Of a stretch of DNA of 64,000 bases, positions 18,726 to 28,824 are shown in pieces. The translations under genes and the position numbers were made by a program. The first letter of the stretch is position 1; the number at the start of each line of letters is the position of its first letter. Below the pieces are notes generated by a model. That model had not been told where the DNA came from. It saw only the letters and a list, made by a program, of their open reading frames with translations, and made no database searches. The stretch comes from an uncultured Nitrososphaerota archaeon. Lineage in GTDB: Archaea > Thermoproteota > Nitrososphaeria > Nitrososphaerales > Gagatemarchaeaceae. The stretch lies in assembly GCA_963718895.1 (NCBI GenBank), contig CAVRAG010000008.1:640001-704000 (forward strand). The letters run 5' to 3'.

Positions 18726-18758
18726 GGTGGCTAAAGAGGCTTTCCAAATCTAGGGGGA

Positions 18759-19916
18759 ATGAGCGCAGGACGGAAGCAGCCGGAAAGGATCGAGACTTCT
18801 GCGAACCTGAAGTGGCCCCCGACTAGGGACGACCTCGAGCGGATGTACCTGAACGAGCACCTCTCCGCGATGAAGATCTCGGCCCAGTACGGTCTGAAGT
18901 ACGAGAACCCGAAGTGCGGCGAAACACTGATCCTCTATCACCTGAGGCACAGGGGGATCGCAAGGAGAGGATGCGCCGACCACGTGAGGAAGGTGACCAA
19001 GGAGATGGTCGACGAATGGGCCAGGAGGTATGAGTCAGGGGAGTCGCTGAACCAGATAGCCGCAGGCGAACTGTCTCCGGTGACGGTCTTCTCGCATCTG
19101 AGGAAGCGAGGCATGAAGCTGAGGGACAAGGTCGAGGCGCAAATCAAGGCCGTTACAAAACATCAGAAGAGGCCGTTTAGCGGTGACCCGCTCGAGAAAT
19201 CGTACATGCTTGGCTATGCGAGAGGGGATTTGTGGATCGGGACTCACGGAAGGGCGATTAGGGCGCGGACTAGCACCACCCATCCAGCCATGCTGGAAGT
19301 GTTTACGGAACTCTTCAGCAAATATGGGCCAATCTACGAATATCCAAGGAAGTGTGAACTCACCGGATTCGAATGGAGCGTGGATGCGGATTTGGACACG
19401 ACCTTCGAATTCCTCAAGCAACGCCCGGAAGAATGGCTTTCAGACAAATCCAAGTTCCTATCCTTCTTGGCCGGCTTCTTCGACGCGGAAGGGTCGATCC
19501 TGTACCACAAGAAAGGCCTGGATGGAGCTTTTGAGCTTATGCTGCCAAACCTGGAAGTCGGGCTTCTTCAGACGATTGCTGGCAAGCTGAATTCTTATGG
19601 ATTGCATCCGAAATTGCGACTCCAACCCAGGAAGAACGACCTACGGGTGATCAACGGATATGTAGTAAGAGCATCCGGACAGATTTGGAGAATCGAAATC
19701 ACTCGATACGCAGAGGTCAAACAACTCCTTCAAGAATTGCCTTTGCGGCATAGAGAGAAAGTCCACAAAGCGGCCATCGCGCTCAAGATGCCCTATGAAG
19801 CCTCAAGTTCGGAACGAGCGGGTGTGTTGAGGTCCTGGAGCGAACTCATTCAAAGGATTGAGGATGAGGTGCGAGCGTCAATACGAACTGCTGCTGAACT
19901 TTGTTTAGATTTATAG
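18759..19916 (+). mobile_element. Free-standing LAGLIDADG endonuclease with N-terminal HTH-like repeats
   Basis: YMLGYARGDL and FLAGFFDAEGSI motifs; N-terminal RMYLNEHLSAMKIS and YESGESLNQIA; increasingly AT-rich towards the 3' end. Confidence 0.85.
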
Positions 19917-19986
19917 CAATAGTCGTATTCTAAATTCATTCTGCAAGGCATAAAATGGCCTTTGATTAAGAAAAGAAGTCTATTTC

Positions 19987-21135
19987 TTACCGGTCGGCCG
20001 AAACAGGCCACAGATTCATCCCCCAATACACGAGCGGGATGTCTGCGACGTGCACGCCCTTCAGTAGCTCCCTCAGGACTATCATGTTTCTGAAGCTGGG
20101 GTCCTCCATCTTCAACCTGTAGGGCCTGGGCGAGCCGTCGGAGACCAGGTGGTAGGCCCGCTCCCCGTGCGCGGCCTCGGTCCGGAAGTATGACTCGCCC
20201 GCGGGGACCCTCGGCTGCGGCCCCAGCTTGAGCCGGACCGGCCCCGACGGGATCTGCCTGAACGCCTGCCGCAATATGCGCATGGACTGCTTCAGCTCCT
20301 CGACGGCCACCCAGGCCCGTGCCCAGCAGTCGCCGTCGTGTGAGAACGGGACATCGAACTCAAAGTCGGGGTAGGCGCTATAGGGCTCCGCCTTGCGGAT
20401 GTCGTGCCTCACCCCCGAGGCCCTCAGGACCGTCCCGGTCGCGCCGAACCTCACTGCGTCGCTGCGGCTCAGGACTCCCACGCCCTTCGTCCTCTGCTCG
20501 AAGACCGGGTTGTACAGCCAGACCTTCTCGTACTCATCGATGCGCTTCTCGAACCAGTCGAAGGTCCTGAAGGCGCGGTCGGCCAGTCCCTCGGGCATGT
20601 CGTTCCTCACGCCCCCTGGGACGAGGTAAGCGAATGTGACGCGGGCGCCCCCGATCCTCTCGGCGAGGTCTATGAAGAGGTCCCTGTCGCCGAGGCCCCA
20701 GGTTACCATCGTCGTGTGCCCACCGAAGAGCCCGTAGATCCCGAGGAAGTACATGTGGGAGATTATCCTGTTGAGCTCGGCCATGATCACCCGGAGGTAT
20801 CTGGCCCTGGGCGGGACCTTGGTCCCCATCAGCTCGTCGACAGCCTCGACGTAGGGGAAGAGGATTCCGGAGCTATCAAGGATCGCGGGCCGCTCGAGGT
20901 GCGGGATGTTCTGTATGTAGTTGCGGTACTCTGCCATCTTCTCCTCGCCTCTGTGGACGTACCCCGGGTCGGGGTCGGCCCTGACGACGTAGTCGCCGTC
21001 TAGCCAGAGCCTGATGCGGAAGTGGCCGGAGCCCGGGTGCTGAGGGCCCAGCGAGACGGCCATGACCTTGTCCGGGTCCGGGGAGTACTCGGTCTGGCTC
21101 GGCTCTGGGACCCCTGTGCTCTCTGAGGAGGTCAC
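19987..21135 (-). CDS. nuoD: NADH-quinone oxidoreductase subunit D
   Basis: LGPQHPGSGH, GYVHRGEEK, RARYLRVIMAELNRI, PGGVRND, LRASGV; no NiFe CxxC motifs. Confidence 0.97.
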   Translation of the reverse strand: MTSSESTGVPEPSQTEYSPDPDKVMAVSLGPQHPGSGHFRIRLWLDGDYVVRADPDPGYVHRGEEKMAEYRNYIQNIPHLERPAILDSSGILFPYVEAVDELMGTKVPPRARYLRVIMAELNRIISHMYFLGIYGLFGGHTTMVTWGLGDRDLFIDLAERIGGARVTFAYLVPGGVRNDMPEGLADRAFRTFDWFEKRIDEYEKVWLYNPVFEQRTKGVGVLSRSDAVRFGATGTVLRASGVRHDIRKAEPYSAYPDFEFDVPFSHDGDCWARAWVAVEELKQSMRILRQAFRQIPSGPVRLKLGPQPRVPAGESYFRTEAAHGERAYHLVSDGSPRPYRLKMEDPSFRNMIVLRELLKGVHVADIPLVYWGMNLWPVSADR

Positions 21136-21139
21136 CGCG

Positions 21140-21664
21140 TCATCTCCCCGGCGACCGGAAGTCCTTGCGGAGGGGGGGAATGTCGTCCCAGTCCTCCGGG
21201 AGCAGGATGCGTCTAAGGTCGGGGTGGCCGGTGAAGGTGACTCCGAGCATCTCGAAGGTCTCGCGCTCGTGGTATTCGGCAGCGGGCCAGAGCCCTACGA
21301 GCGAGGGGACGACTGGGCGGTCCCGGGGCACCCTAGTGGCGACCGCCACCACCAGGTCCTCCATACCCGGCTTCACCGACCCGACGAAGTAGATCACCTC
21401 GATCTCGTGCTTGGCCATGTAGTCGGTCCCTGAGACGGTCGCGAGGTGGTCGAAGCCCAGCTCGTCGCGCGCGAAGAGAGCGGCGCTCACCAGCAGGTCG
21501 GGCGTGACCGTGAACTTCAGCCGCCGGGGCTTGGCGTACTCGACCCTGGCGGAGGGGAAGCGGGACGCGACCTTGTCGGACATCTCTTTCGTCCTCGTGT
21601 CCGCCGGGTGCGGGTAGGAATCTGACGGTGGGTGCCCTGGAGGGTGCGCGGTCACCGAGGTCAT
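21140..21664 (-). CDS. nuoC: NADH-quinone oxidoreductase subunit C
   Basis: ERETFEMLGVTFTGHPDLRRILLP...PLRKDF; ATG overlaps the nuoB stop (TGATG). Confidence 0.96.
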   Translation of the reverse strand: MTSVTAHPPGHPPSDSYPHPADTRTKEMSDKVASRFPSARVEYAKPRRLKFTVTPDLLVSAALFARDELGFDHLATVSGTDYMAKHEIEVIYFVGSVKPGMEDLVVAVATRVPRDRPVVPSLVGLWPAAEYHERETFEMLGVTFTGHPDLRRILLPEDWDDIPPLRKDFRSPGR

Positions 21665-23322
21665 CACTTTCCGCCGATGGTACCCGACTTGCGTATCTTG
21701 TCCTGTAGGAGGACGATGCCCTGGAGGAGCGCCTCGACCCTCGGCGGGCAGCCCGGGACGTAGACGTCGACGGGGATGAGGTCGTCGATTCCGCGGAGGA
21801 CGTTGTAGGAGTCGAAGTAGAGGCCGCCTGTGATCGCACACGCGCCCATTGCGATGGTCCAGCGAGGTTCTGCCATCTGGTCGTAGATCAGCTTGAGGCG
21901 AGGGGCGAGCTTTCGAGTCACCGTCCCCATGACTATCAGGAGGTCGCACTGCCTCAGGGAGCCGAAGGCCTCGAGGACCCCGAACCGTTCCATGTCGAAG
22001 CGCGCGCCACCAGCTGCCCCGACCTCGACCGAGCAGTTGTGGACGACGGCGTTCGAGACAAGATATGTACTGTCTGCGGTCTCAAGATTGTTGACACGTC
22101 CCGAATATGGAACTTTGGATATGCTCCGGATCGGAACTGCGATGAAGTCAGGTTGAACTTCAAAACCTGAGCACTTCCGTTCGGAGGTCATGAGCCAGAT
22201 CTCATACGAATCGTGTGTGTTCACCGACCGGCCCATTATCACCGATTGCCCTCCCTTGTGACCCAAGGCGATGCGAGCGAACATACCGAGTCGGGCATAC
22301 GCCAGCTGGATCTGGAGGGCCAGAACTCTTGATGTCGTATCGGCCCTGTCGTAGACTGGACCCCTCGCGTCTACTGTCTCACTGCCATCGCCTTCGAGAT
22401 ATCCTGAGATGAACGCCTTCAGAATATCGATGTTCTTGTGGTACAGGATGAACTCAGGCATCCTCTTGTTCTCGGCCCCATGACCACACCATTTGCGGAG
22501 TGCTCTCGCCAGTATGCTGGATGAGAATCTTACATTGAGTCCAGTCTCTCGCGCCTTGATGAATGGCGAATAGCCGAGCGACTCCACTAATCTTGTGATA
22601 CGCCGGGCTAACGATCCCTCATCATGGTCTAAGGCGAAGAAGACATCGTGATTCTCGGTGGTCCAGCCCTCTGCCACGTAGACTCCCAGGAGCCAAGCCG
22701 TCTCGACATTGAGTGGCAACTCAAGCGGAGGATCTTCTCCCCTGCCCCTGACTATGTTCAATCCGCGTCGCGATGCATAGTCATCGAGCTTGATTGATGT
22801 AGGGCTCAAGGATCCCGTTAGCCTCGGTATCAACAGACAGTCATGTCGTCCCGTCGGATAGAGATGGTGTCCGTTCTTCTTTACGGGGGGCGAGCGGATG
22901 AGATCCGCCGCCTGCTTCCAAATCTGTACGTCCGAGTAGGTTCCCTTACCACTACGCATGTCCCGCTCTACAGTTAGAATCGGATGCTCAGGCGTCACGC
23001 GGAATGGCAGCATGCCTCTTCCGCTTATCTGGAGAAGATCTCCATCAAAGTTTCTGGCGAATGTTTCTGTGACCCTCACATGCCCACTTGCGCTTACAAC
23101 CCTGTCGCCCGCCTGGTAGGCCGAGATGGGCTTGTTGTCACCTAGGATGACGGTGTCAGGGGGGGTGCAGCACGCGGTTTCTAGGTGGACGGGCCACAGA
23201 CTGTAGAGCCTCCCCCAGTTCACGATGTACCTCACCGGAGCTCCGACCGAGTCCTGCAAGACCTCGCTCGCCTTCCCGACCAGGGCGTCAAACGCTCCGG
23301 TCTTCTGCTGGGCGGCTACCAG
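21664..23322 (-). CDS. nuoB: NADH-quinone oxidoreductase subunit B precursor containing an intein
   Basis: WGRLYSLWPVHLETAC|intein|CSVE...DMERFG...MGACAITGG...PVDVYVPGCPP; spliced product about 174 aa; start (CTG 23322) uncertain. Confidence 0.95.
   Translation of the reverse strand: MVAAQQKTGAFDALVGKASEVLQDSVGAPVRYIVNWGRLYSLWPVHLETACCTPPDTVILGDNKPISAYQAGDRVVSASGHVRVTETFARNFDGDLLQISGRGMLPFRVTPEHPILTVERDMRSGKGTYSDVQIWKQAADLIRSPPVKKNGHHLYPTGRHDCLLIPRLTGSLSPTSIKLDDYASRRGLNIVRGRGEDPPLELPLNVETAWLLGVYVAEGWTTENHDVFFALDHDEGSLARRITRLVESLGYSPFIKARETGLNVRFSSSILARALRKWCGHGAENKRMPEFILYHKNIDILKAFISGYLEGDGSETVDARGPVYDRADTTSRVLALQIQLAYARLGMFARIALGHKGGQSVIMGRSVNTHDSYEIWLMTSERKCSGFEVQPDFIAVPIRSISKVPYSGRVNNLETADSTYLVSNAVVHNCSVEVGAAGGARFDMERFGVLEAFGSLRQCDLLIVMGTVTRKLAPRLKLIYDQMAEPRWTIAMGACAITGGLYFDSYNVLRGIDDLIPVDVYVPGCPPRVEALLQGIVLLQDKIRKSGTIGGK
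22036..23169 (-). mobile_element. LAGLIDADG-containing intein (378 aa) in NuoB
   Basis: Starts Cys (CTPPDT), block B TPEHPIL, endonuclease blocks LLGVYVAEG and FISGYLEGDG, block F VNNLET, ends VVHN with +1 Cys; visibly more AT-rich than the exteins. Confidence 0.96.
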
Positions 23323-23687
23323 ATCTCCCGCCGTCCCGCCATGTAGACCGTGAAGCCCATCGGGAGGAGCAGCCCTGCGATGAAGATCGTCATCATCCAG
23401 CCCGAGAGGTTGCCCAGGCCGAGGGGCTGGTAGGCCGCAGCCCAGGCGTAGAGGAACATCGCCATGACGTCGAAGACGACGAACATGAGGAGGTAGGCGT
23501 AGTACTGCATCATGAAGTGCATCTTGCCCTTCCCGACGGGGACCTGGCCGCACTCGTAGGGGGCGTTCTTTATGGGGTTCGGCCTGCGCGGGGCCAGGAG
23601 CCTGGGTACGACCAGAGCCGGGACTGCGAACCCCACGCCTAGGAGACCCATCACGAAGACCGCGCCGATATCCCCGAACAGGACCAA
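23316..23687 (-). CDS. nuoA: NADH-quinone oxidoreductase subunit A
   Basis: KNAPYECG and YYAYLLMFVVFDV motifs; 3 TM helices. Confidence 0.96.
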   Translation of the reverse strand: MVLFGDIGAVFVMGLLGVGFAVPALVVPRLLAPRRPNPIKNAPYECGQVPVGKGKMHFMMQYYAYLLMFVVFDVMAMFLYAWAAAYQPLGLGNLSGWMMTIFIAGLLLPMGFTVYMAGRREIW

Positions 23688-23951
23688 GGCTATCTGGCCT
23701 CAGGGCGGCTCCGGTTCATAAAGGCTTGTTATGACGACCTGCCTTGCTAGGTCACCGGAGTGACAGGCTCCGGCATTCCAAAATCGTCCTGATTGCCAAA
23801 CCTCTCCTTCGCTCAAGTGGATTAACCTGCTGTCAATGGGGACCCGCATTAGGTCGCATCACCGGGATTCATTCGACGCGGGAACCGGAATGGGCTCCTC
23901 TCGGTTCCAGCGGTCCAACGCTGGTCGGTGTAAGATCCAGGCCGCTTCTTC

Positions 23952-24425
23952 TCAAGCCTTCCTGCTCGCAGGCTCCTCTTCTAGCTCTGCAATCTCCCTA
24001 AGGTTCTTCAGACTCTCTACGACGTTTTGCTTGACCAACCTGTGTACGACGAGAGCGCTCGCCGTCTTGCCAAGATAGCCCGCGTGCGCCTCATACTCCA
24101 CGCTCTCGGTCAACCTAGTACCTTTCTTTGTCTGCTCCAGGACTATCGAGCACAGGTACTTATCAAGGAAGCCGTCCGGCATGTGTTTGTAGGAGAACTT
24201 CTTGTTAGGGACGATCTCAGTGGCTACCAAAGAGGCCAGCATCCTCCGACCGGCGATCTTCGCGGTTATCGTCACGCTCTTGCCGACGGTGGCGATACGT
24301 GAATGGCCTGGGGTCACCGCGATGATGTGAGGGTACAGCTTGGGCACGAACGAGGGGTCCGCAACGATGCTCCAGACGACCTCTGGCGGCGCAGCTATCT
24401 CAATGCTCTTCTGAAGTTTTGGCAT
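23952..24425 (-). CDS. SRPBCC/START-like (polyketide cyclase/CoxG) protein
   Basis: SIEIAAPPEVVWSIVAD...GTRL...SLKNLRE pattern; probable ATG at 24425. Confidence 0.85.
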   Translation of the reverse strand: MPKLQKSIEIAAPPEVVWSIVADPSFVPKLYPHIIAVTPGHSRIATVGKSVTITAKIAGRRMLASLVATEIVPNKKFSYKHMPDGFLDKYLCSIVLEQTKKGTRLTESVEYEAHAGYLGKTASALVVHRLVKQNVVESLKNLREIAELEEEPASRKA

Positions 24426-24747
24426 GGAGGTCGTGGCTGGTTTGGCCGCATATAAAACCAAAGGCGCCCGTGGTGCGGGCGCCAATAACGGGTTCCTCCA
24501 GCCGTTGCATCCTCAACAGAAAGAGCACGATCGTCTCCTATGACTGACGTCCTTCGACCCCCAGCGCCGGTATGCGCGCCTCAGCGCAGCAAGTCATCGC
24601 ACCTGACCATTCGGGACGCGAAGACCAGTAGGCGCCGACTAATCGGTCAGATGGACCGGTCCACCCTAAGGATTCAGTCGGCGATGGCCGCCGACAGCCC
24701 AGCCCTGTGGAAAGCTTAAGACCGAATCCGGCCGCGTTTGTGGACAC

Positions 24748-25269
24748 TTGGCAGTGGACTTCTCGGAGCTCACTAACTTCCTCGCTGCGATCAGCTCCGT
24801 GGCGGTCATCGCTGGGGCAGGGTTCGTGGTCCTGCAGCTTCGCCAGAACGCGGGCATCCTCAGGGCGACGCTTCGTCAGGAGAGGTCGAACTCGGCGTTC
24901 TCCATGCTCGAGAAAATCACCCACGAGTCGTTCGCCAAGAGGAGGGCCCGGATGTACGAGATCGAGAGGAAGGCCCAGGCATCGAACTGGGAAGGGTTCG
25001 ACAATTCAGAGGACGACTTCGAGGCGAGGAACTTCGCCTACATCTACGAGCTCTACGGCGTCCTCGTCCGGGAGGAGATACTGGAGTTCCGCCTCACCGC
25101 GGAGACGCTCAAGTACCTCGTGGTCAACGACTGGGCGACCTTCAAACCTCACTCCGAGCACATCATGAAGACCTACGGGCTGAAGGTGAACCCGTGGGAG
25201 GATTTCGAGTGGCTCGCGGCGAAGGTCAGCGAACACATGCAGGAGAAGGAGAAGGCTGCGCTGGCCTAG
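24748..25269 (+). CDS. Hypothetical protein with N-terminal TM (DUF4760-like)
   Basis: N-terminal TM followed by QLR; YELYGVLVREE and WEDFEWLA motifs. Confidence 0.65.
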   Translation: MAVDFSELTNFLAAISSVAVIAGAGFVVLQLRQNAGILRATLRQERSNSAFSMLEKITHESFAKRRARMYEIERKAQASNWEGFDNSEDDFEARNFAYIYELYGVLVREEILEFRLTAETLKYLVVNDWATFKPHSEHIMKTYGLKVNPWEDFEWLAAKVSEHMQEKEKAALA

Positions 25270-25278
25270 CGAAGGCCC

Positions 25279-26341
25279 TCATGCCGCTTCCAGATCGAGC
25301 CAGCGGCCCTCCCGGGCGGAGGCGTAGGCCTTGTCCATGATCGCGTTCACCAGCCTGCCGTCCTCGAAGCTCTCCGAGGGTTGTCTCCCCGTTGATATCG
25401 AACCGACGAAGTGACGGAGCTCCGCGAGGTACCCGTTGTTGATGAACTCGTTCCATGCTGGGTAGAGCCATCCCTGCTTGGCGTCCGCCTTCTCGACGAT
25501 GTAACCCGTCTTCTCATCGGACGCGATCGTGAAGACCTTGATGCCGGTCTCCCTGGTCGTGTCGATGAAGAGAGAACCCTCGGTCCCGAAGACCTCCAGA
25601 CGCACGTCAAGCCCTCCCCTCGCCGTCCAGCTGTTCTCACACTGGCCGAGCCCGCCCCCTTCGTAACGCAACAGCACCAGGCTGTTGTCCTCCAGCGTGG
25701 TCTTGTGGCCCAGTGTCGCAATCCAGCCGCTGGCCGCCTCAGGTCTCAGCCCGAAGAGGTACCTGGTGACCTCTATCGAATGACAGCCCATGTCCAGCAG
25801 GACGCCCCCTCCCGCCCGCGCCGGGTCCCAGAACCACCGGCTGTGGGGACCTGAATGCGCCTCCCTCGATCTTATCCAGGTAACCTTGCCGAGCACGCCG
25901 CTCCCTATGAACGACTTGGCTCTTGAAATCTGCGGGATGAAAATCTGGTTCTCGGCGTAGCAATGAACCACCTTCTCCTTCCTCACTACCCGCAGCGCCT
26001 CGTCCGCCTCGACTAGATTTCTACCCAGAGGCTTCTCGCAGATGATGTCTTTCCCGTTCTCGGCTGCCGCCGTAATCGCAGGCAGGTGGAGGTCGTTGGG
26101 CAGCGCGACTATCACCGCGTCGACCCCCGGGTCTCTGCAGAGGCGTTCTATCGATCCTTCCCCGTGGTAGGCTTTCTTGATCCCCCACCTGCGCGGCGAA
26201 CGCGCCGGTCCTTCCGCCTGTCCTCCCGGCTACCGCGACCACGCGCGCTTCAGGAATCTCTCGGAGCGCTGGCATGTGGAAATCGTTCAGAATGAACCCG
26301 GTACCCAGCAACCCGACATTCACCGGTCTCGAGGCGGCCAT
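25279..26341 (-). CDS. Gfo/Idh/MocA family oxidoreductase (one frameshift near 26193)
   Basis: GLLGTGFI N-terminus (ORF 26021..26341) joins the ICEKP...GGGVLLDMGCH frame (25279..26115) after removing one base. Confidence 0.88.
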
Positions 26342-26494
26342 CTTGCCTCTTTGGCGAGCATCGTCTTATAACGATTCGGAACGATTACGCGGAGAAGCCG
26401 TTCTAGTGCAGGCGCCGAACCACGTCCGAAGAGAGGCCCAGAAGAGCATTAGTAAACTGAGAGGAGTCGGCCGGGCTCCCGGAGAAGGCAGCCC

Positions 26495-27604
26495 CTACTG
26501 CGAGCTGCCCCGTTGTCCCATCGGGATGTAGACGGCGTCCCGCAGCCCCACGTACTCGGCAATAGGCCTGATTATCCTGTTGTCCGAGTACTGCTCCATC
26601 ACGTGGGCGAGCCAACCGGGGGTCCTTCCCATCGCAAAGATCGGCGTGAAGAGATACGTAGGTATCTTGAGGTGGTGGAGGACGAACCCGGAGTAGAAGT
26701 CGAGGTTCGGGTAGATGCCCTTCTCCCGGATCATCAGCGCGGCAAGGTAATCGAGGATTGCCAGGTTCTTCCGTTCCTCGTCCGTGGAGACTACCGCGCC
26801 CGCGTACGCCCTCATAATCGTCGCGCGGGGGTCATGGCCTTTGTAGATGCGGTGGCCGAACCCCATGACCTTCTCCTTGCGAGCGAGCTTCTCCCGCAGG
26901 TACCACTCGGCGCGGTCGAGCGACCGGATCTCCTCCACCATCGCGACGACCGCCTCGTTAGCCCCGCCATGAAGAGGCCCCTTCAGCGCCGCCACGGCGG
27001 CCGTGACGCTTGAGTAGACGTCCGAGAGGGTCGATGCGACCACGCGGGCGGTAAACGTGGAGGCGTTCAGCTCGTGGTCGGCGTGTAGAACGAGAATCGC
27101 GTTCATCAGTCTCTCGGAGGCCTTGTCTGGCTCCTCACCGTTAAGCATGTAGAGGAAGTTGGCTGCGAAGCTGAGGTCATCCCTGGGCTCCAGATGCGGG
27201 AGGAGGTGCTTGTGCCTGTGGATGTAGGCCACAATCGAGCCAATCTTCGAGGCGATCGACGCGGCCCTCTCGACGATGAGCATGTTCGGGTCGTCGTAGA
27301 TCCCGAGGGCGGCAATCGCCATCTCGAGGGCGTCCATCGTGTCGCAGTCGTGGGAGAGCGAGTCCAGGCTGAGCCGGACTCCGGCGGGGAGACTCCTCTT
27401 CGAGACGAGGTCCCGGTTGAAGCGCCTGAGCTCGTCGCGCTTGGGAAGGTGCTCGTGCCACAGAAGGTATGCGACCTCTTCATAGTTCGAGTGAGCGACG
27501 AGGTCGTCGATGTCGTAACCCCGGTATGAGAGACGGCCTCGGGCGCCGTCGATGAACGTGATGCTGGTCGGACCCGCGACAACGTCCTCCAGTCCCTTCG
27601 ACAA
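26495..27604 (-). CDS. gltA: Citrate synthase
   Basis: GLEDV, YRGY, HADHELNAST, GPLHGGANE, GFGHRIYK, YPNLDFYSG. Confidence 0.96.
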   Translation of the reverse strand: MSKGLEDVVAGPTSITFIDGARGRLSYRGYDIDDLVAHSNYEEVAYLLWHEHLPKRDELRRFNRDLVSKRSLPAGVRLSLDSLSHDCDTMDALEMAIAALGIYDDPNMLIVERAASIASKIGSIVAYIHRHKHLLPHLEPRDDLSFAANFLYMLNGEEPDKASERLMNAILVLHADHELNASTFTARVVASTLSDVYSSVTAAVAALKGPLHGGANEAVVAMVEEIRSLDRAEWYLREKLARKEKVMGFGHRIYKGHDPRATIMRAYAGAVVSTDEERKNLAILDYLAALMIREKGIYPNLDFYSGFVLHHLKIPTYLFTPIFAMGRTPGWLAHVMEQYSDNRIIRPIAEYVGLRDAVYIPMGQRGSSQ

Positions 27605-27770
27605 ACGACGAGCCCACGCAACAGGCCGGAATTTATCCCTTCTTGTCGGGTGTTGCGATTGAGGTCACAGACATAGGACGGGAGCGGGCTCCCGACCCAC
27701 CAGGATGTTGCACGGGAGACAACGAGAGCAGAAAAGGTTTAGAAGCGTCGGCGGGTCCGGCCTGAGAATC

Positions 27771-28775
27771 TTGAAGATCGCGATCGTCGGCGCGGGAGTC
27801 GCGGGATCCTACCTGCTGAACAGGCTGGATGGCCACCAGGTAGAGTGCTTCGAGATGCGTACCCAGGACAAGTGGTACACGGTCTGCGCCTGGGGGACGA
27901 GCGAGCCCTACATCTCAGAGATGGTAAAGAGGGCGGGCTTCAACTTCGAGGACTACGTTCTTCACAGAGGCAAGAAGATGACGGTCGACTCGGGCCATGG
28001 GACGTTCGACCTCCCGCTCAAGGGGCTGGTAAGCTACGACAAGCACCGGCTCTGTGAGGACATGCTCAAGGGGCACACAGTCCACTGGGGCACCCAGGTG
28101 AAGGAGCTCGACGGAAAGTTCAGCGACTTTGACATCGTCGTCGACGCTACGGGGATGCAGCGGGCGCTCCTCCCCAAAATCAAGGGGGACATCATCGTCC
28201 CTTGCCTCGAGTACCAGGTGAAGTCGAAGAACTTCCCCTGGGACGACTTTTACATCAAGCCGTACCACGGGCTCACGGGGTACTTGTGGTACTTCCCGCT
28301 CTGGGATGGCGTGGGCCACATCGGGGCCGGGGAGCTCCACGGCGCCTACAAGGGTGAGCTCGAGGCGATGCTCAAGAAATACGACTGCGAGGTGATAAGG
28401 AAGATCGGGAGGCCGGTCAGGATCGTGCCCCCCTCGGCCTGTCTTCCCTTCAGCGAAGGGAAGGTGGTGGGAGTTGGCGAGTCGGTGGGTACGGTCTTTC
28501 CCATGCTCGGCGAGGGGATAATACCGAGCATGCAGTGCGCGGAGATATTCATCGAGCACATCGACGACATGGCGGGGTACGAGGCCGCGGTCCTCAAGCA
28601 CACGGAGGTCTACACCAAGGGCTTCAAGTTTGTGGAGTCGAAGATGGCGGGCAAGTTCAACCTGATGACCAGCTTCCCGAGGCTCTTCTCGGTCTATCGG
28701 TTCATGGCAGGGAACGAGAAGAGGTTTGGGATGCAGACCAGGCTCTCCGACCTGATCAAGCTGTCAAAGCTATAG
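27771..28775 (+). CDS. NAD(P)/FAD-dependent oxidoreductase, geranylgeranyl reductase-like
   Basis: KIAIVGAGVAG, VVDATG, GYLWYFP, VGESVG...GEGI; probable TTG start at 27771. Confidence 0.82.
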   Translation: MKIAIVGAGVAGSYLLNRLDGHQVECFEMRTQDKWYTVCAWGTSEPYISEMVKRAGFNFEDYVLHRGKKMTVDSGHGTFDLPLKGLVSYDKHRLCEDMLKGHTVHWGTQVKELDGKFSDFDIVVDATGMQRALLPKIKGDIIVPCLEYQVKSKNFPWDDFYIKPYHGLTGYLWYFPLWDGVGHIGAGELHGAYKGELEAMLKKYDCEVIRKIGRPVRIVPPSACLPFSEGKVVGVGESVGTVFPMLGEGIIPSMQCAEIFIEHIDDMAGYEAAVLKHTEVYTKGFKFVESKMAGKFNLMTSFPRLFSVYRFMAGNEKRFGMQTRLSDLIKLSKL

Positions 28776-28824
28776 CGTGCCACCGGGCAAAACCAGATAT
28801 TGATGCTCCCACGGGCTCCGGATT

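Noticed and set aside
18571-18730. Resemblances to RNase P (GAGGAAAAGCCGG), 5S rRNA (GCCCACCTGGCCACAG, - strand), hammerhead (CTGATGAG, - strand) and cobalamin riboswitch (AAGGGAACCCGGT)
   Set aside because: Each lacks its required partner motifs (no GAAA core, no 5S internal loops, no T-loop or P4 partner); kept only as an unknown structure
23323-23553. Apparent N-terminal extension of NuoB or a NuoA-NuoB fusion; likewise the NuoC extension to 21949
   Set aside because: Alternative-frame overlap with the upstream gene; an ORF-caller artefact
19987-23687. Group 4 NiFe-hydrogenase interpretation
   Set aside because: The large subunit lacks CxxC NiFe ligands; gene order A-B-C-D fits complex I
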